The notes: generated from the sequence alone by a model not told the origin. A stretch of 64,000 nucleotides of DNA from an uncultured delta proteobacterium (GCA_963847445.1 CAWJZV010000015.1:96001-160000); one strand, 5' to 3'; shown: positions 20,391 through 35,724, numbered from the stretch's first letter. Translations and numbers: made by a program.

Positions 20391-21503
20391 CGAATCACCT
20401 CGTCCAACGGCGTGAAGGGAAGGTTTAACGCGCTGGCGACACCCTCGTAGGTGACTTTGCCGTCGACGGTGTTCAAGCCTTTGGCCAACGCTTTGTTTCT
20501 GACCAGCGCTTGGGGAAAACCGCGGTTGGCGAGTTCGAGGCCGTAGGTCAGGGTCGAATTGGTTAGCGCGTAGGTCGAGGTATTCGGCACGATCGCGGGC
20601 ATGTTGGTCACGCAGTAGTGGACCAGTTCTTCCTCGACGTAGATCGGATCGCCATGCGTGGTCGGCCGCGAAGTCTCGGCGCAGCCGCCTTGATCGATGG
20701 CGATGTCGACGAACGCCGCGCCGGGCTTCATCCGTCTCGACCAAGGCGCGCGGAATGAGCTTCGGCGCCTGGGCGCCGGGGATCAAGACTGAACCGATGA
20801 CGAGGTCGGCGTCGACCACCGCTTCTTCGACATTGGCGCGGTTGGACATCAATGTGGTCACATGGCCGCCCAGGATGTCGTGGACGTAGCGCAGTTTGGT
20901 TGGATTGATATCGAGAATGCTCACATAGGCGCCCATGCCGGCGGCGACTTGGCAGGCCGCGGTGCCGGACATGCCGGCACCGATAATGACAACATTGGCC
21001 GGACGCACGCCCGAAGCGCCGCCGAGCAGAATGCCGCGCCCGCCGTTCTCCGCCTGCAAGCACCAGGCACCGACTTGAATCGATAACCGGCCGGCGATCT
21101 CGCTCATGGGCGCGAGCAACGGCAGCGAGCCGTCGTCCAGCTGAATGGTCTCGTAGGCGATGGCGGTGACTTTGCGCTCGAGCAGGGCGCGAGTGACGGA
21201 CTCGGCGGCGGCGAGATGGAGGTAAGTAAATAGAATCAGACCTGGACGCAGCAAAGGAAACTCGGATTCCTGGGGCTCCTTGACCTTCATGATCATGTCG
21301 GCCTTGTCCCAGACTTCCTTCGCCGTGGCGACGATGCTGGCGCCGGCTGCTTGGTAAGCGGCATCAGTCAATCCACTGCCGTTGCCGGCGCCTTGCTCGA
21401 TCAACACTTTGTGATTTCGTGCAACGAATCCAGCCACGCCCGTCGGAGTGACGGCGACCCGGTTCTCTTCGGTTTTGATTTCTTTAGGGACGCCGATGAT
21501 CAT
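20387..21503 (-). CDS. ald: Alanine dehydrogenase, frameshifted
   Basis: MIIGVPKEIKTEENRVA, KVKEP, LLAPMSEIAGR; VDIAIDQGGC and HYCVTNMP in second frame; shift near 20735. Confidence 0.93.
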
Positions 21504-21548
21504 GCGTAAAGGCTACGCGAAGGACCAGAAAAAGGCAAAAGTAAAAAC

Positions 21549-21602
21549 AGAGTGATGGAGTACTGGCGAGGTTGGGTGCGAGAGCATTCACTCCACTACT
21601 CG
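21549..21602. repeat. TGGAGTRN octamer hairpin, degenerate copy 3
   Basis: agagtga tggagtac tgg ... tcactcca ctactcg. Confidence 0.55.
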
Positions 21603-21619
21603 AAACCGCCGTCACCGAT

Positions 21620-21979
21620 TCAGCGACCAGATGAGGATCGCCCAGCCGGCCAGAAACGCCAGGCCGCCGATGGGGGTGACGGCGCCGAGCCAGCGCATGC
21701 TCGGTGAAGCTCAGTAGATAGAGGCTGCCGGAGAAGATGACGATGCCGGCGATGAAGCACCAGCCGGCGGCGTTGAGGTTGGCGTCGGGCCAACGGCTGG
21801 TCGCCCACGCCACGGCGAGCAGTGCTGAGTGCATGGTACATCTGGTAGCGCACGCCGACTTCGAAGATGCTGAGCATATCCGCCGAGATTTTGGTCTTGA
21901 GCGAGTGGGCGCCAAAGGCCCCTAGGGCGACGGCGATAAACGCGGCGATGGCACCGGCGCTGAAGAAGAAGCGATCCAT
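21620..21979 (-). CDS. DUF423 (YgdD-like) membrane protein, frameshifted
   Basis: [37 protein letters not shown] motifs. Confidence 0.88.
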   Translation of the reverse strand: MDRFFFSAGAIAAFIAVALGAFGAHSLKTKISADMLSIFEVGVRYQMYHALSTARRGVGDQPLARRQPQRRRLVLHRRHRHLLRQPLSTELHRACAGSAPSPPSAAWRFWPAGRSSSGR

Positions 21980-22037
21980 GGTTAGTCGTGCTCGTGGCTC
22001 GTGGGTGTGATCGTATTCGCAATGCGCGGTTGTTCGT

Positions 22038-23511
22038 CTATGCAGCTTGCGCGCTGCGATTCAGTGACACCACCATCTCGCCTTTTTGAATGACGATCTG
22101 GCGGTAATCTTTGCGTTGGCTGAGCGCGTCGATCAACTTCACCAGCGGTTGGCTCGCGGTTAAATATTCCTTGGGCGCGCCGGCGGCTTTCATCTCTTCG
22201 ATTTCTTTCGCTTCGAGATTCCAGCGCAGGAGAAATTCTTCGTCGGAGATATTCTCCGCAGTTCATTTTTTTGCGCAGCTCGGCGACCGATGGCTCGGGC
22301 GGCGGCCGCTCGGCCCATTCCTTGGCGCGCGGGCGGTCGAGGATTTTCGCTTTGACTTCCGGCGCCATCAATTCGGCGCCTTCTTTGCCCCAGTAGCCGA
22401 GCGCGTACTGAATGATCTGATCGGTCACTTCTTTGTAGCGCTCGCCGACGATGACATTGATCGCCGCCTGGCTACCGACGAATTGCGACAGCGGCGTGAC
22501 CATGATCGGGTAGCCGAGCTCGGCGCGCACTTGCATGGTTTCTTCGAGCGCTTGCTCGATCTTGTTTTCCAAGCCGACTTTTTTCAGCTGGAAGCGCAGG
22601 TTGGAAATCATGCCGCCAGGGACTTGATGCTGGTACTGCGAATAGTCGTATTCGACAGGCGCGCCGATGGGAAAGCCTTCGCGCTTGGCGATGTAGGTGA
22701 AGTGGTCGGATACCGGCTTGAGCAGTTCCTCGTCGATGAGCGTCTTGTAGCCCAGGGCGCGCAGATTCTTGGCGACATTGAACAATGACGGATTGGACGA
22801 GCCGTCGGCCAGCGGCGGCAGCGCGGTGTTGACGATCTTGATGCCGAGCTTGACCGCTTCGAGGCAGCAAAGCGGACCGAGACCCGTCGTGCAATGGGTG
22901 TGCAACTCGACGGGAATGCCGTTGGCATTGGCGAAGACGATCGGCACCAAGGTTTGCACCCGTTCCGGCGTGAGCAGGCCGCCGGGATCTTTGAGGCAAA
23001 GCCGATTCACCTTCAGCGACGCGGCTTGGCGCGTGCGCTCGGCGAAGTATGCGTCGGTGTGTTTGGGCGAAACGGAGTAAATGATGTTCAGCACCGGATT
23101 GATGCCGACGTCACGAGAAACCTTGGTTTTCCACTCCCAGCCTTCCAGCTCGTTCCACTCTTCCGAGATGCGCGCTTCGCGGATGCCGTTGGCGGCCATC
23201 CGCTCCATGAACAGGCCGTACATCGAGCGCGGCGTGATGTCGAAGGCGCTGAAGCGGCCGGCGTTCAGACGCAGCGGCGTATTCTTGATCCGTTGGCTGA
23301 CCAGCTTGACCCGTGCCCAGGGGTCTTCTTTCAATTCACGCACGCATTTTTTCAAATGCGAGCTGGAGATCAGTTCAATGGCATCGAAGCCGGCGCGATC
23401 CATCGCTTCGGCGACGGGCAACATCATGCCGGTGGTCATGCTTTCCGCCCACAGGCTTTGATGGCCGTCGCGGATGGTGGTGTCGACGAAGTGTATACCG
23501 TCAGTGGTCAT
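22038..23511 (-). CDS. Carboxyltransferase of pyruvate carboxylase B / oxaloacetate decarboxylase alpha type, no biotinyl domain; paralogue 1 (frameshift near C-terminus)
   Basis: DTTIRDGHQSL, CLKDPGG, HTHCTTG, HQVPGGMISN, GYPIMVTPLSQFVG. Confidence 0.85.
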
Positions 23512-23532
23512 GATGGAATTCGGGGAGTTTCA

Positions 23533-23611
23533 CTGGAAGTGATGGAGTACTGGAGTGATGGGTTTCGGACTCCGAGCACTTCCACCACTTCGAGTGACTC
23601 CATCACTCCAA
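23533..23611. repeat. TGGAGTRN octamer hairpin, copy 4
   Basis: tggaagtga tggagtac tggagtga tggg ... tgactcca tcactcca. Confidence 0.8.
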
Positions 23612-23617
23612 CTTTCT

Positions 23618-24475
23618 TTACAGGGTCAAGCCGAAGAACTTCACGGCGTTGTCCAGCATGATCTTTTTGCGGATCTCGGGCTTCATGTTGACCTGGCCGA
23701 ACTCTTCCAACCAGCGCTCGACGCCGATGGCGGGCCAGTCGGAGCCGAACATGGCTTTGTCTTGCAGCAGCGTGTTGATGTTGTGCAGCAGTTCGGCCGG
23801 GAAATATTTCGGCGCCCAGCCGGACAGATCGATGTAGTAGTTGCCCTTGTGGCGGGCGACCGCCAAGCTTTCCGCGGTCCATGGCCAGGTCGGATGAGCG
23901 CTGATGATTTTCAGCTCGGGAAAATCCGCCGCGACCTCGTCGACATAAATCGGCTGGCTGTATTTCAGTTTGATGCCCATGCCGCCCGGCGTGCCGGCGC
24001 CGGCCGCCGCCATGCCGCCGTGAAACAGGATCGACATGTCCAATTTGGCGCATTGCTCCCAGATCGGATAGAAGCGCGGATCGTTGGGGTAGAAGTGTTG
24101 GCGCGCCGGATTGAGCTCGCCCATGCCGCGCAGGCCCAGATCATGGCAGCGTTTGACTTCATCGATGGCCAACTTGCCGGTCCAGGGATCGATGGCGCCG
24201 AAAGCGAGGAACACGTCGGGATGTTTTTTGATCGCGCTGGCGACATGATCGTTGGGCACCGGCGTCAGGCCGGTGATGGTCTCGTCGCGGGTGTTCATGA
24301 TCACCGCCATCATCTTGCGCGCCCGGTATTGATCGGCCATCTCATCGATGGAAACCGGCGGCCGTTCGCGGCCGAAATAGCGCGCCATCTGCGCGGTGCG
24401 GTCGCCTTTGGCCTTCTGGGTGGTTTCATCGGACAGATGCACATGAACGTCGATAGCTACAATGTCGCTTGCCAT
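23618..24475 (-). CDS. Amidohydrolase_2 family protein (resembles CouO-type aryl-beta-ketoacyl-CoA hydrolases)
   Basis: IDVHVH, AHPTWPW, YIDLSGWAPKYFP, FGSDWP. Confidence 0.85.
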   Translation of the reverse strand: MASDIVAIDVHVHLSDETTQKAKGDRTAQMARYFGRERPPVSIDEMADQYRARKMMAVIMNTRDETITGLTPVPNDHVASAIKKHPDVFLAFGAIDPWTGKLAIDEVKRCHDLGLRGMGELNPARQHFYPNDPRFYPIWEQCAKLDMSILFHGGMAAAGAGTPGGMGIKLKYSQPIYVDEVAADFPELKIISAHPTWPWTAESLAVARHKGNYYIDLSGWAPKYFPAELLHNINTLLQDKAMFGSDWPAIGVERWLEEFGQVNMKPEIRKKIMLDNAVKFFGLTL

Positions 24476-24528
24476 GGTCTAATGCCTCCTGATTAAGTTT
24501 CTTTTCTTATTGCACTGGCTTGAAGATA

Positions 24529-24655
24529 GTTCAAGGTTCCAGGTTCAAACGTTCAAGGTTGTCGGACTTCGGGCCGCTTCATTGGCGCCAAATTTGCGAG
24601 GCTAACCTCGAATTCCGAACATTATTGAGCTCTTGAACCTTGAACTTTTGAACGG
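24529..24655. repeat. Intergenic inverted repeat of GTTCAAG heptamers
   Basis: gttcaag gttccag gttcaaac gttcaag ... cttgaac cttgaac ttttgaac. Confidence 0.75.
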
Positions 24656-24664
24656 AACTCGCGC

Positions 24665-26123
24665 TCAAGCGCGACGTTCCATGGTCACAGAGAAATTCGC
24701 CGTCTGCACATGAATCTGCCGGTTCTTGGTGCGTTTGGACAATTCTTGCAACAAGTTCACCAGCGGCTGTTGCGAATTCAGATACTCCAGCGGCCGCTTG
24801 TTGGCGCGCATGAAGTCGATATCGTCTTTGCCGATGATCCAGCGCAAGAGTAATTCTTCGTCGGAGGTGCCTTCGGCGCCGATGTTGCGGCGAATCTCGT
24901 CCGGCGACGGTTCGTCAGGCGTCCACTTGGCCCACTCCTTGGCGCGCGGCCGATCGAGGATCTTGTCTTTGACGGTCGGGTGCATGTCGCGGGCGCCTTC
25001 GGCGCCGGCGTGGCCCAGCGCGAACTTGATCACCTGGTCGGTGACTTCTTTGTAGCGCTCGCCGACGATCACATTGATCGCCGCCTGGCTGCCGACGAAC
25101 TGTGACAGCGGCGTGACCATGATCGGATAGCCGAATTCTTCGCGCACTCTTGATGGTTTCCTCCAGCGCCGCGGGAAAGCGATGTTCCAGGCCGACCTTG
25201 CGCAGTTGGAAGCGCAGGTTCGACAGCATGCCGCCGGGCACTTGGTGTTGGTACTGCGAGTAGTCGTATTCCACCGGCGCGCCGATGGTGAAGCCTTCGC
25301 GCTTGGCGATGGCGCTGAAGTGGCGCGACACCGGCTGCAGGATTTCTTCGTCGATGTCGGTTTGGTAACCGAGGGCGCGGGCGTTCTTGGCGACATTAAA
25401 CAGCGACGGATTCGACGTGTCGTCGGCCAGCGGCGGCAGCGCGGTGTTGATCGAGCGGATGCCCAGCTCCATAGCCTTGATGCAGCACAGCGGCCCCAGG
25501 CCGGTCGTGCAGTGGGTGTGCAGCTCGACTTGGATGCCGTTGGCGTTCTTCAAGATGATCGGCACCAAGGTTTCCATGCGCTCCGGTGTCAGCAAACCGC
25601 CTGGATCTTTCAGACAAAGCCGATAGGGTTTGAGTGACGCCGCCTGGCGCGTGCGCAGGGCGAAATATTCGTCGCTATGTTTGGGCGAGACCGAATAGAT
25701 TAAATTTAAAATCGACTTCATGCCGGCGCGGTGGCACTCGCCGACGCGGAACTTCCAGCCTTCGTAGTCGTTCCATTCGTCCGAGATGCGCGCTTCCTTG
25801 ATGCCGTTGGCGAACATGCGCTCGACGAAGAGGCGGTACATGGACGGCGGATTGTATTCGAAAGTATTGACCCGCCCGGCGATCAGCCGCAGCGGCGTTT
25901 TGGTAATCAGCTTCGCTACCAGCCGCACGCGCTCCCAAGGGTCTTCCTTCAAGTCGCGCACGGATTTCTTCAAGTGCGAGCCGGAGATCAGCTCGATGCC
26001 TTCAAACCCCGCGTCGTCCAAGTTCTTGGCGATCGGCAGCATCATGCCGGTGGTCATGTTTTCCGCCCACAAGCTCTGATGGCCGTCGCGGATGGTGGTG
26101 TCGACGAATTTAATGGTTTCCAT
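24665..26123 (-). CDS. Carboxyltransferase of pyruvate carboxylase B / OAD alpha type, paralogue 2, frameshifted
   Basis: Same motifs as paralogue 1; shift near 25150. Confidence 0.85.
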
Positions 26124-26371
26124 GGCTTCTCCGGCGAATCGCAAATTTCAAATCTCTCACTTTGAATATCATGAAGATTAGACAATTTCATGAACCCGGT
26201 GCCTAAAATTCGTTTGAACCCTCGATCACCGTTGTGTTAAGTCGGTGGCGGGTCAGGCGCCGCGGTTCGAGGCCGCTTCTTCTCGTGTTTACTTTGAGTG
26301 GGGCACTAGCGTTCGTCCAGTCTTAGTAAAATGGTTTGTGGCTGATTATCAGCCAGGAAAAGAGCAAAGCG

Positions 26372-27454
26372 ATGAAACTGAACAGTTCGTCGAAGCTGGT
26401 GCTTTTGGGTGCCATTTTGAGTTCGCTCGGTGTGACTCCGGCTTCATTTCAGCCGATGCGCCGTTCTATCGAGGCAAGACCCTGACCGTATTGATCAACT
26501 TCGCCGCCGGCGGACCGACGGATATCGAAGGAAGACTTGCGGCGCGTTACTTAGGAAAGCACATTCCCGGGCAGCCTACGATCGTAGTGCAGAACATGTC
26601 CGGCGCGGGTGGCGTGACTGGCACTAATTATCTCGGCGAGGTTGCCAAACGCCGATGGACTGACCCTGGGGTATTTCACTGGGCAGTTTTTTAATCTGCT
26701 GACCGCCGATCCCAATCTTAGAGTCGATCTGGCAAAATTCGCCTATATCGCGAGCATCGAAGGAGTCGCTGTTGCCTACATACGCAGGGATGTCGCGCCG
26801 GGCATCCAGGAACCTAAAGATCTTATCAAAGCGAAGGGTTTCAGGGCGGGCGGCTTGAGCCTCAACAGCGCGAAGGATGTTCGATTCCGGCTCCAGCTCG
26901 ATATCTTAGGTGTTCCCCATCAATACGTGACCGGGTATAACTCTAACTCGGATGCGCGGCTAGCTCTCGAACGAAACGAGATTCAGTTTTTTACCGAGGG
27001 AACGCCCGGCTATCGCTCTCAGGTGCAACCGCGCATGGTGAAAGACGGTCTGGTTGTTCCCGTCTATGCCGATGAGCTGGTGACCGCGGATGGGGAGTTT
27101 CGCTCGAGCGCCGAGGTGCCTGACATACCTTCTTTCTCACAGCTCCATCAGCAACTATTCGGTAAGCTGGGTTCTGGGCCGCTGTGGGAAGCGCTGAAAA
27201 CTATCAATCTCACGCACGCCATGCAGCGCATCGCCAAAGTTGCTCCGAACACGCCCGCGGAAGCCGTTGCCGCCCTGCGCCAAGGATTTTCGCAGATGAT
27301 CAAGGATCCGGAATTCATTCAGGAGTTCAAAAAGGTCACGCGCTCCGATCCGAATTTTCAGGTAGGGGGCGAAGCGGACAAACTGATAAGAAAGCTGGTC
27401 CAGGCCCCGCCCGAAGTAAGAGCTACGATTCGAAAATATACGGAAAGCAAGTGA
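26372..27454 (+). CDS. Tripartite tricarboxylate transporter substrate-binding protein (TctC/Bug), frameshifted
   Basis: FYRGKTLTVLINFAAGGPTD, IPGQPTIVVQNMSGAGG, ADGLTLG; signal peptide from ATG 26372. Confidence 0.85.
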
Positions 27455-27675
27455 TTCAAGCCGGCCTTCCTGAAAGTACGGTGTGGACTCATTTCTCGGG
27501 TTCAGGAGCAACGAGGGGAGCGTGCCTTGAATGTTGCCCGGAGCTTCACTCATTCGCAGCATCCCTCAATCTTTTGAATTTTTTCGCCAGCAGGTTTAAA
27601 AAACCAAATTATCAAGCTGTTTTTCGCGATCGTTGCCGCTAAAGTTGTTTAGGTTCTGACGCCGATGTTCTAACA

Positions 27676-28131
27676 TTGCACGCGATGATTGAGATCGCCC
27701 AAGCGCTGCTCTTTGACCGTGACGGCAAGCTGCTGATTTACTTGCGCGACGACAAGCCGACGATTCCGTTTCCCAACCATTGGGATTTATTTGGCGGGCA
27801 TGTGGAGGTAGGGGAGACGCCGGAACGGGCGCTATGCCGGGAACTGCAAGAAGAGATCGGCGTGACGCTCGATAGCTGGCGGCTGTTTCGCCGTTATGAA
27901 TGTCTGGCCGGCGACGTTTATCCCAATACTAAGTTTATTTATTACGCGCAGATCGACTGCCGCCCGGCCGACTTGACGCTTTGTGAAGGTCAACGATTGA
28001 CCGGCATTGCGGCTGCTCAACGGCTCGATTATAGGTTCGCCAATATCCTTGGCGCGGTCGTGGAGGATTTCATCGCCGCCGGATTGTGGCCCGGTGCTGT
28101 GGATAACTTTCGCGGTAGAAAACTGGACTGA
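27676..28131 (+). CDS. NUDIX hydrolase
   Basis: Nudix box GGHVEVGETPERALCRELQEEIG. Confidence 0.92.
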   Translation: MHAMIEIAQALLFDRDGKLLIYLRDDKPTIPFPNHWDLFGGHVEVGETPERALCRELQEEIGVTLDSWRLFRRYECLAGDVYPNTKFIYYAQIDCRPADLTLCEGQRLTGIAAAQRLDYRFANILGAVVEDFIAAGLWPGAVDNFRGRKLD

Positions 28132-28175
28132 GATTTGTCGCCACTGTTGGATTGTGATAGTAATCTTCCACTGCG

Positions 28176-31672
<3,497 letters not shown>

Positions 31673-31676
<4 letters not shown>

Positions 31677-32977
31677 AGCAGTTGATTTCCACCCGGCAGC
31701 CGCAGGAGAGGGCCGTTCTGGTCGGCGTTGATCTACCGTCGCGCGTCCACAAGGTGCCGGTGGATTATAGTTTGGAAGAGCTCGAGCGGCTCGCCGAGAC
31801 CGCCGGTGCCATGGTGGTGCACAAGTATTCTCAGCAAGTGCGCAGCGTCACGCCGGCGACTTTGATCGGTCGCGGCAAGGTCGACGAGATTTGCGCTGGT
31901 CTGCAAGAGCATCACGCCAATCTGGTCATCGTCGACGAAGATCTGACGCCGGCGCAGCAGCGCAATTTGGAAAACGCCTTCAAAGTTCGCGTCGTCGACC
32001 GCAGCCAGTTGATCCTCGACATCTTCGCCAAGCGGGCGCGCAGCAACGAAGGCAAACTGCAAGTGGAACTGGCGCAGTTGGAATATCTCATGCCGCGATT
32101 GACGCGCCAGTGGACCCACTTGTCGCGCTTGGGCGGCGGCATCGGCACCCGCGGCCCGGGTGAAACCCAGTTGGAAGTCGACCGCCGGCGCATTCGCGAG
32201 CGCATCGGCCACCTGAAGCGCCGCCTGACCACCGTCGAGCGCACGCGCAGCCTGCAACGGCGCGAGCGCGACGAAGTGCCCTTCGCTACGGTCGCCTTGG
32301 TCGGCTACACCAACGCCGGCAAGTCGACGTTGATGAATTTGCTCACCCGCGCCGGCGTGTTTGTCGAAGATAAATTGTTCGCGACTTTGGACCCGACGAC
32401 CCGAGCGCTGCGCCTACCCAACGGCGACAAGGTCATGATCGTCGATACCGTTGGCTTCATAAATAAGATTCCTCATTCACTCATCGAGGCTTTCAAAAGC
32501 ACGCTGGAAGAGGTGAGCCGCGCCGATTTGCTATTGCATCTGGTCGATCTGGCCAATCCGCTCTACGAAGAGCAGATTCAAATCATCGAGAAGGTTTTGG
32601 GCGAGATCGGCGCCGGTGAGATTCCGACGATCCTGGTGCCCAACAAGGTTGACCTGGCCGGGCCAGTTCCGGTGGCCCGGCTGAAAATTAACGGCGTGGC
32701 GCAGGTCTGTCCGATCTCGGCGTTGACCGGCGCCGGTGTCGACGAATTACTTGCCGGCGTCGGCCGGATCTTGGACCAGTCGAAGGAACGGATTGAAGCG
32801 AACTTTACCCCGGCGCAGAATTGGCTGGTGGCGCTGTTGCGCGAGCGCGGCCGGGTGGTTGAAGAGCTGCATGACGGCGAATCGATCAAGGTGACCGCCT
32901 TAGTCACACCCAAGCTGGCGGGGCAAATCCGCAAATCCTTGGCGTCGAGCCGTGCCGGCAACGGTAGCGGATACTAG
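31673..32977 (+). CDS. hflX: GTPase HflX
   Basis: GTRGPGETQLEVDRR, VGYTNAGKST, LFATLDPT, DTVGFI. Confidence 0.97.
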
Positions 32978-32979
32978 CC

Positions 32980-33546
32980 GTGCTCAATCTGCCCAACTCG
33001 CTGACCCTCATCCGGATTCTGACCATTCCCATCTTCTTAGAGTTCCTCGCTTACCATCTCTATTGGCAGGCTTTGGTGGTCTTCGCCATCGGCGGACTCA
33101 CCGATTTTTTCGACGGTTTGACCGCCCGCTGGCTAAACCAGCAGACCGCCTTGGGCGCTTATTTGGATCCGGTGGCGGATAAGTTGCTGGTGATCAGCTC
33201 GTTCATCATGTTGGGGCTCATCGATGGCATACCCATGTGGCTGACGGTGGTAGTGGTCGTGCGTGATGTCCTGATCGTCGTCGGCTACGGCGCGATCTAT
33301 ATTTTGGTCGAAGAAAAAATCGCAGTCCGGCCAAGCTCGATCGGCAAGTGGAGCACGACGTTGCAGTTGTTCACCTTGGCGGTCGCTTTGGTAACGTTAC
33401 ACGACGCAAATTTGCTACACCCCTATGTTTTGGCCGTGTTTATTGCTTTGAGCGCGGCGGCAACGGTAGCTTCCGGCCTGCAATACCTCTATCGCGGGCT
33501 TATTTGGTTGCAGAATCGAGCCCCGTCAATCACCCCACCTGGTTGA
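32980..33546 (+). CDS. pgsA: CDP-alcohol phosphatidyltransferase (PgsA-like)
   Basis: NLPNSLT, DFFDGLTAR..GAYLDPVADK. Confidence 0.85.
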   Translation: MLNLPNSLTLIRILTIPIFLEFLAYHLYWQALVVFAIGGLTDFFDGLTARWLNQQTALGAYLDPVADKLLVISSFIMLGLIDGIPMWLTVVVVVRDVLIVVGYGAIYILVEEKIAVRPSSIGKWSTTLQLFTLAVALVTLHDANLLHPYVLAVFIALSAAATVASGLQYLYRGLIWLQNRAPSITPPG

Positions 33547-33721
33547 CATAACGGCTTAGAATTGGTAATAAATTCGATCTCTTGCAGCATCATATGCGAC
33601 AATGCCGAGGGCCCGCACGGGCGACCAGGATGGTTGCCAAAGAAGGCCACCACAGCAGATAAAACAATGCAGCTAGCATTCGACATCTTAGCCGCCAGCG
33701 GCCTAATCCTGCACGTCTTGC

Positions 33722-33796
33722 AGGCACGTAGCTCAGTGGGAGAGCGCTTCCTTGACACGGAAGAGGTCGGCAGTTCAATCCTGCCCGTGCCTACCA
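33722..33796 (+). tRNA. tRNA-Val(GAC)
   Basis: Cloverleaf; anticodon arm cttcc-ttGACac-ggaag; TTCAA T-loop; encoded CCA. Confidence 0.97.
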
Positions 33797-33813
33797 TTTT
33801 TTAATTTGCGGTA

Positions 33814-35724
33814 ATGGATAGTATTCACGTCACTTTTGCTGACGGCAATGCCGTCGACGTTCGCCCTGGTGTCAGGGTGGTCGAGCTGGCTGCGTCCGCC
33901 GGCGCCAAGAACCTGGTTGCTGCCAAGATCGACGGACAAGCCGTCGATTTGAATCGCGTCATCGAGAAAGACTGCACCGTGGAATGGATTACGCCCGAAA
34001 GCGCTGAGGGTCTCGATGTGCTGCGCCATTCGACTGCGCATCTCATGGCTCAAGCAGTGCAGAGTTTATTCCCCGGCACCCAGGTGACCATCGGCCCGAC
34101 CATCGAGCATGGGTTTTATTACGACTTCAAACGCGACCAGCCATTCTTGCCGGAAGATCTCGATCTGATCGAAAAGCGCATGCAGGAGTTGGTCAAGGCA
34201 AATTTGAAAGTGGTGCGCGAAGAGCTGCCGCGCGCCGAGGCCATCGAGCTATTTCGCAAGATGGGCGAGACCTACAAGGTCGAGATCATCGACGGTATCG
34301 CCGCCGACAAGGTTTCGCTCTATCGGCAGGGAGACTGGGTCGATCTTTGCCGCGGCCCCCATGTGCCTTCCACCGGCGCGATCAAGGCGTTCAAGCTGAC
34401 CAGCATTGCCGGTGCCTATTGGCGCGGCGACTCGCGCAACGAGCAGTTGCAGCGGATTTACGGCACCGGCTGGGCCAACCGCAAAGATTTAGAAGCCTAT
34501 TTGAAGCGTATCGAAGAGGCCAAGCAACGTGATCATCGGCGCCTCGGGCCGGCGTTGGACTTGTTCTCACTCCATCCGATCGCGCCGGGATCGCCATTTT
34601 TTCATCCCAAGGGCACGATCATTTACAATATCTTGATCCAGTACATGCGCGAGCTGTACAAGCGCTATGGCTACTCCGAGGTGGTCACGCCGCTGATTTA
34701 CAAGACGGATTTGTGGAAAACCTCGGGGCACTACGAGGCGTTTCACGATGACATGTTCTTGATGAACGTGCATGACGGCGAGTATGGCGTGAAGCCGATG
34801 AATTGTCCTGGCCATTGCTATCTGTTTGGCTCGCGCAAGTACTCCTATCGCGATCTGCCGATCCGCTTCGCCGATTTTAGCCGCTTGCACCGCTTCGAGC
34901 CCTCCGGCGTGCTTTCAGGTCTGACCCGGGTGCGTTCCTTTGCTCAAGACGATGCGCATATTTACTGCACGCCGGAGCAGTTGGACGGCGAGCTTGAGCA
35001 GTTCGTGGCGATGACCAAAGAAGTCTACAAAGTATTTGGCTTCGACCGCATCGAAGTAACCCTGCAAACCCGGCCGGAGAAGTTCCTGGGCCGCATCGAG
35101 TTGTGGGATGCCGCGGAAGCCGGGCTGCGGCGCTGTCTCGAACGCTCGGGTTTTTCGGTGCAGCTCTTGCCGGGCGAAGGGGCTTTCTATGGCCCCAAGA
35201 TCGGTTTCGATTTCCGCGATGTGTTGGAACGCTCTTGGACGCTGGCGACGGTGCAAATCGATTGCGCCATGCCTGAGCGCTTCGGTCTCAAATATGTCAC
35301 CTCCGATGGCACCGAGGCGGCGCCGGTGATGCTGCATCGGGCGGTGTTGGGTTCCATCGAGCGCTTTATCGCAATTCTGTTAGAGCACTGCGCCGGTGCT
35401 TTTCCATTGTGGTTGGCGCCGGTGCAATTGACAGTGCTCACCGTGACCGACGACCACAAAGAGTACGCGGCCAAGGTTGTCGAACGGTTGCGGGTGGGCG
35501 GCTGGCGCGTCGAATTCGACGGCCGCAACGAAAAGCTCGGTTATAAGATTCGCGAGGCGCAATTAGCCAAGGTTCCCTACGCCGTGATCATCGGCGACAA
35601 GGAAGTCGCGGCCGAGACTGTCGCGCCACGACGACGCGGTGGGGAAACCCTCCAGCCACTGCCGGTGGCGGAGTTCGCCAAGAATCTCCACGCCGAGCTT
35701 GCACAAGAAATGGGACAGGCATAG
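33814..35724 (+). CDS. thrS: Threonine--tRNA ligase
   Basis: LRHSTAH, DLCRGPH, KPMNCPGH, MLHRAVLGSIERF. Confidence 0.98.
   Translation: MDSIHVTFADGNAVDVRPGVRVVELAASAGAKNLVAAKIDGQAVDLNRVIEKDCTVEWITPESAEGLDVLRHSTAHLMAQAVQSLFPGTQVTIGPTIEHGFYYDFKRDQPFLPEDLDLIEKRMQELVKANLKVVREELPRAEAIELFRKMGETYKVEIIDGIAADKVSLYRQGDWVDLCRGPHVPSTGAIKAFKLTSIAGAYWRGDSRNEQLQRIYGTGWANRKDLEAYLKRIEEAKQRDHRRLGPALDLFSLHPIAPGSPFFHPKGTIIYNILIQYMRELYKRYGYSEVVTPLIYKTDLWKTSGHYEAFHDDMFLMNVHDGEYGVKPMNCPGHCYLFGSRKYSYRDLPIRFADFSRLHRFEPSGVLSGLTRVRSFAQDDAHIYCTPEQLDGELEQFVAMTKEVYKVFGFDRIEVTLQTRPEKFLGRIELWDAAEAGLRRCLERSGFSVQLLPGEGAFYGPKIGFDFRDVLERSWTLATVQIDCAMPERFGLKYVTSDGTEAAPVMLHRAVLGSIERFIAILLEHCAGAFPLWLAPVQLTVLTVTDDHKEYAAKVVERLRVGGWRVEFDGRNEKLGYKIREAQLAKVPYAVIIGDKEVAAETVAPRRRGGETLQPLPVAEFAKNLHAELAQEMGQA

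Noticed and set aside
19752-21503. Apparent 583 aa alanine dehydrogenase-DHH phosphoesterase fusion
   Set aside because: A frameshift near 20735 runs ald into the DHH frame; the true Ald C-terminus is in ORF 20387-20731 and the DHH gene has its own ATG at 20390 with an ATGA overlap.
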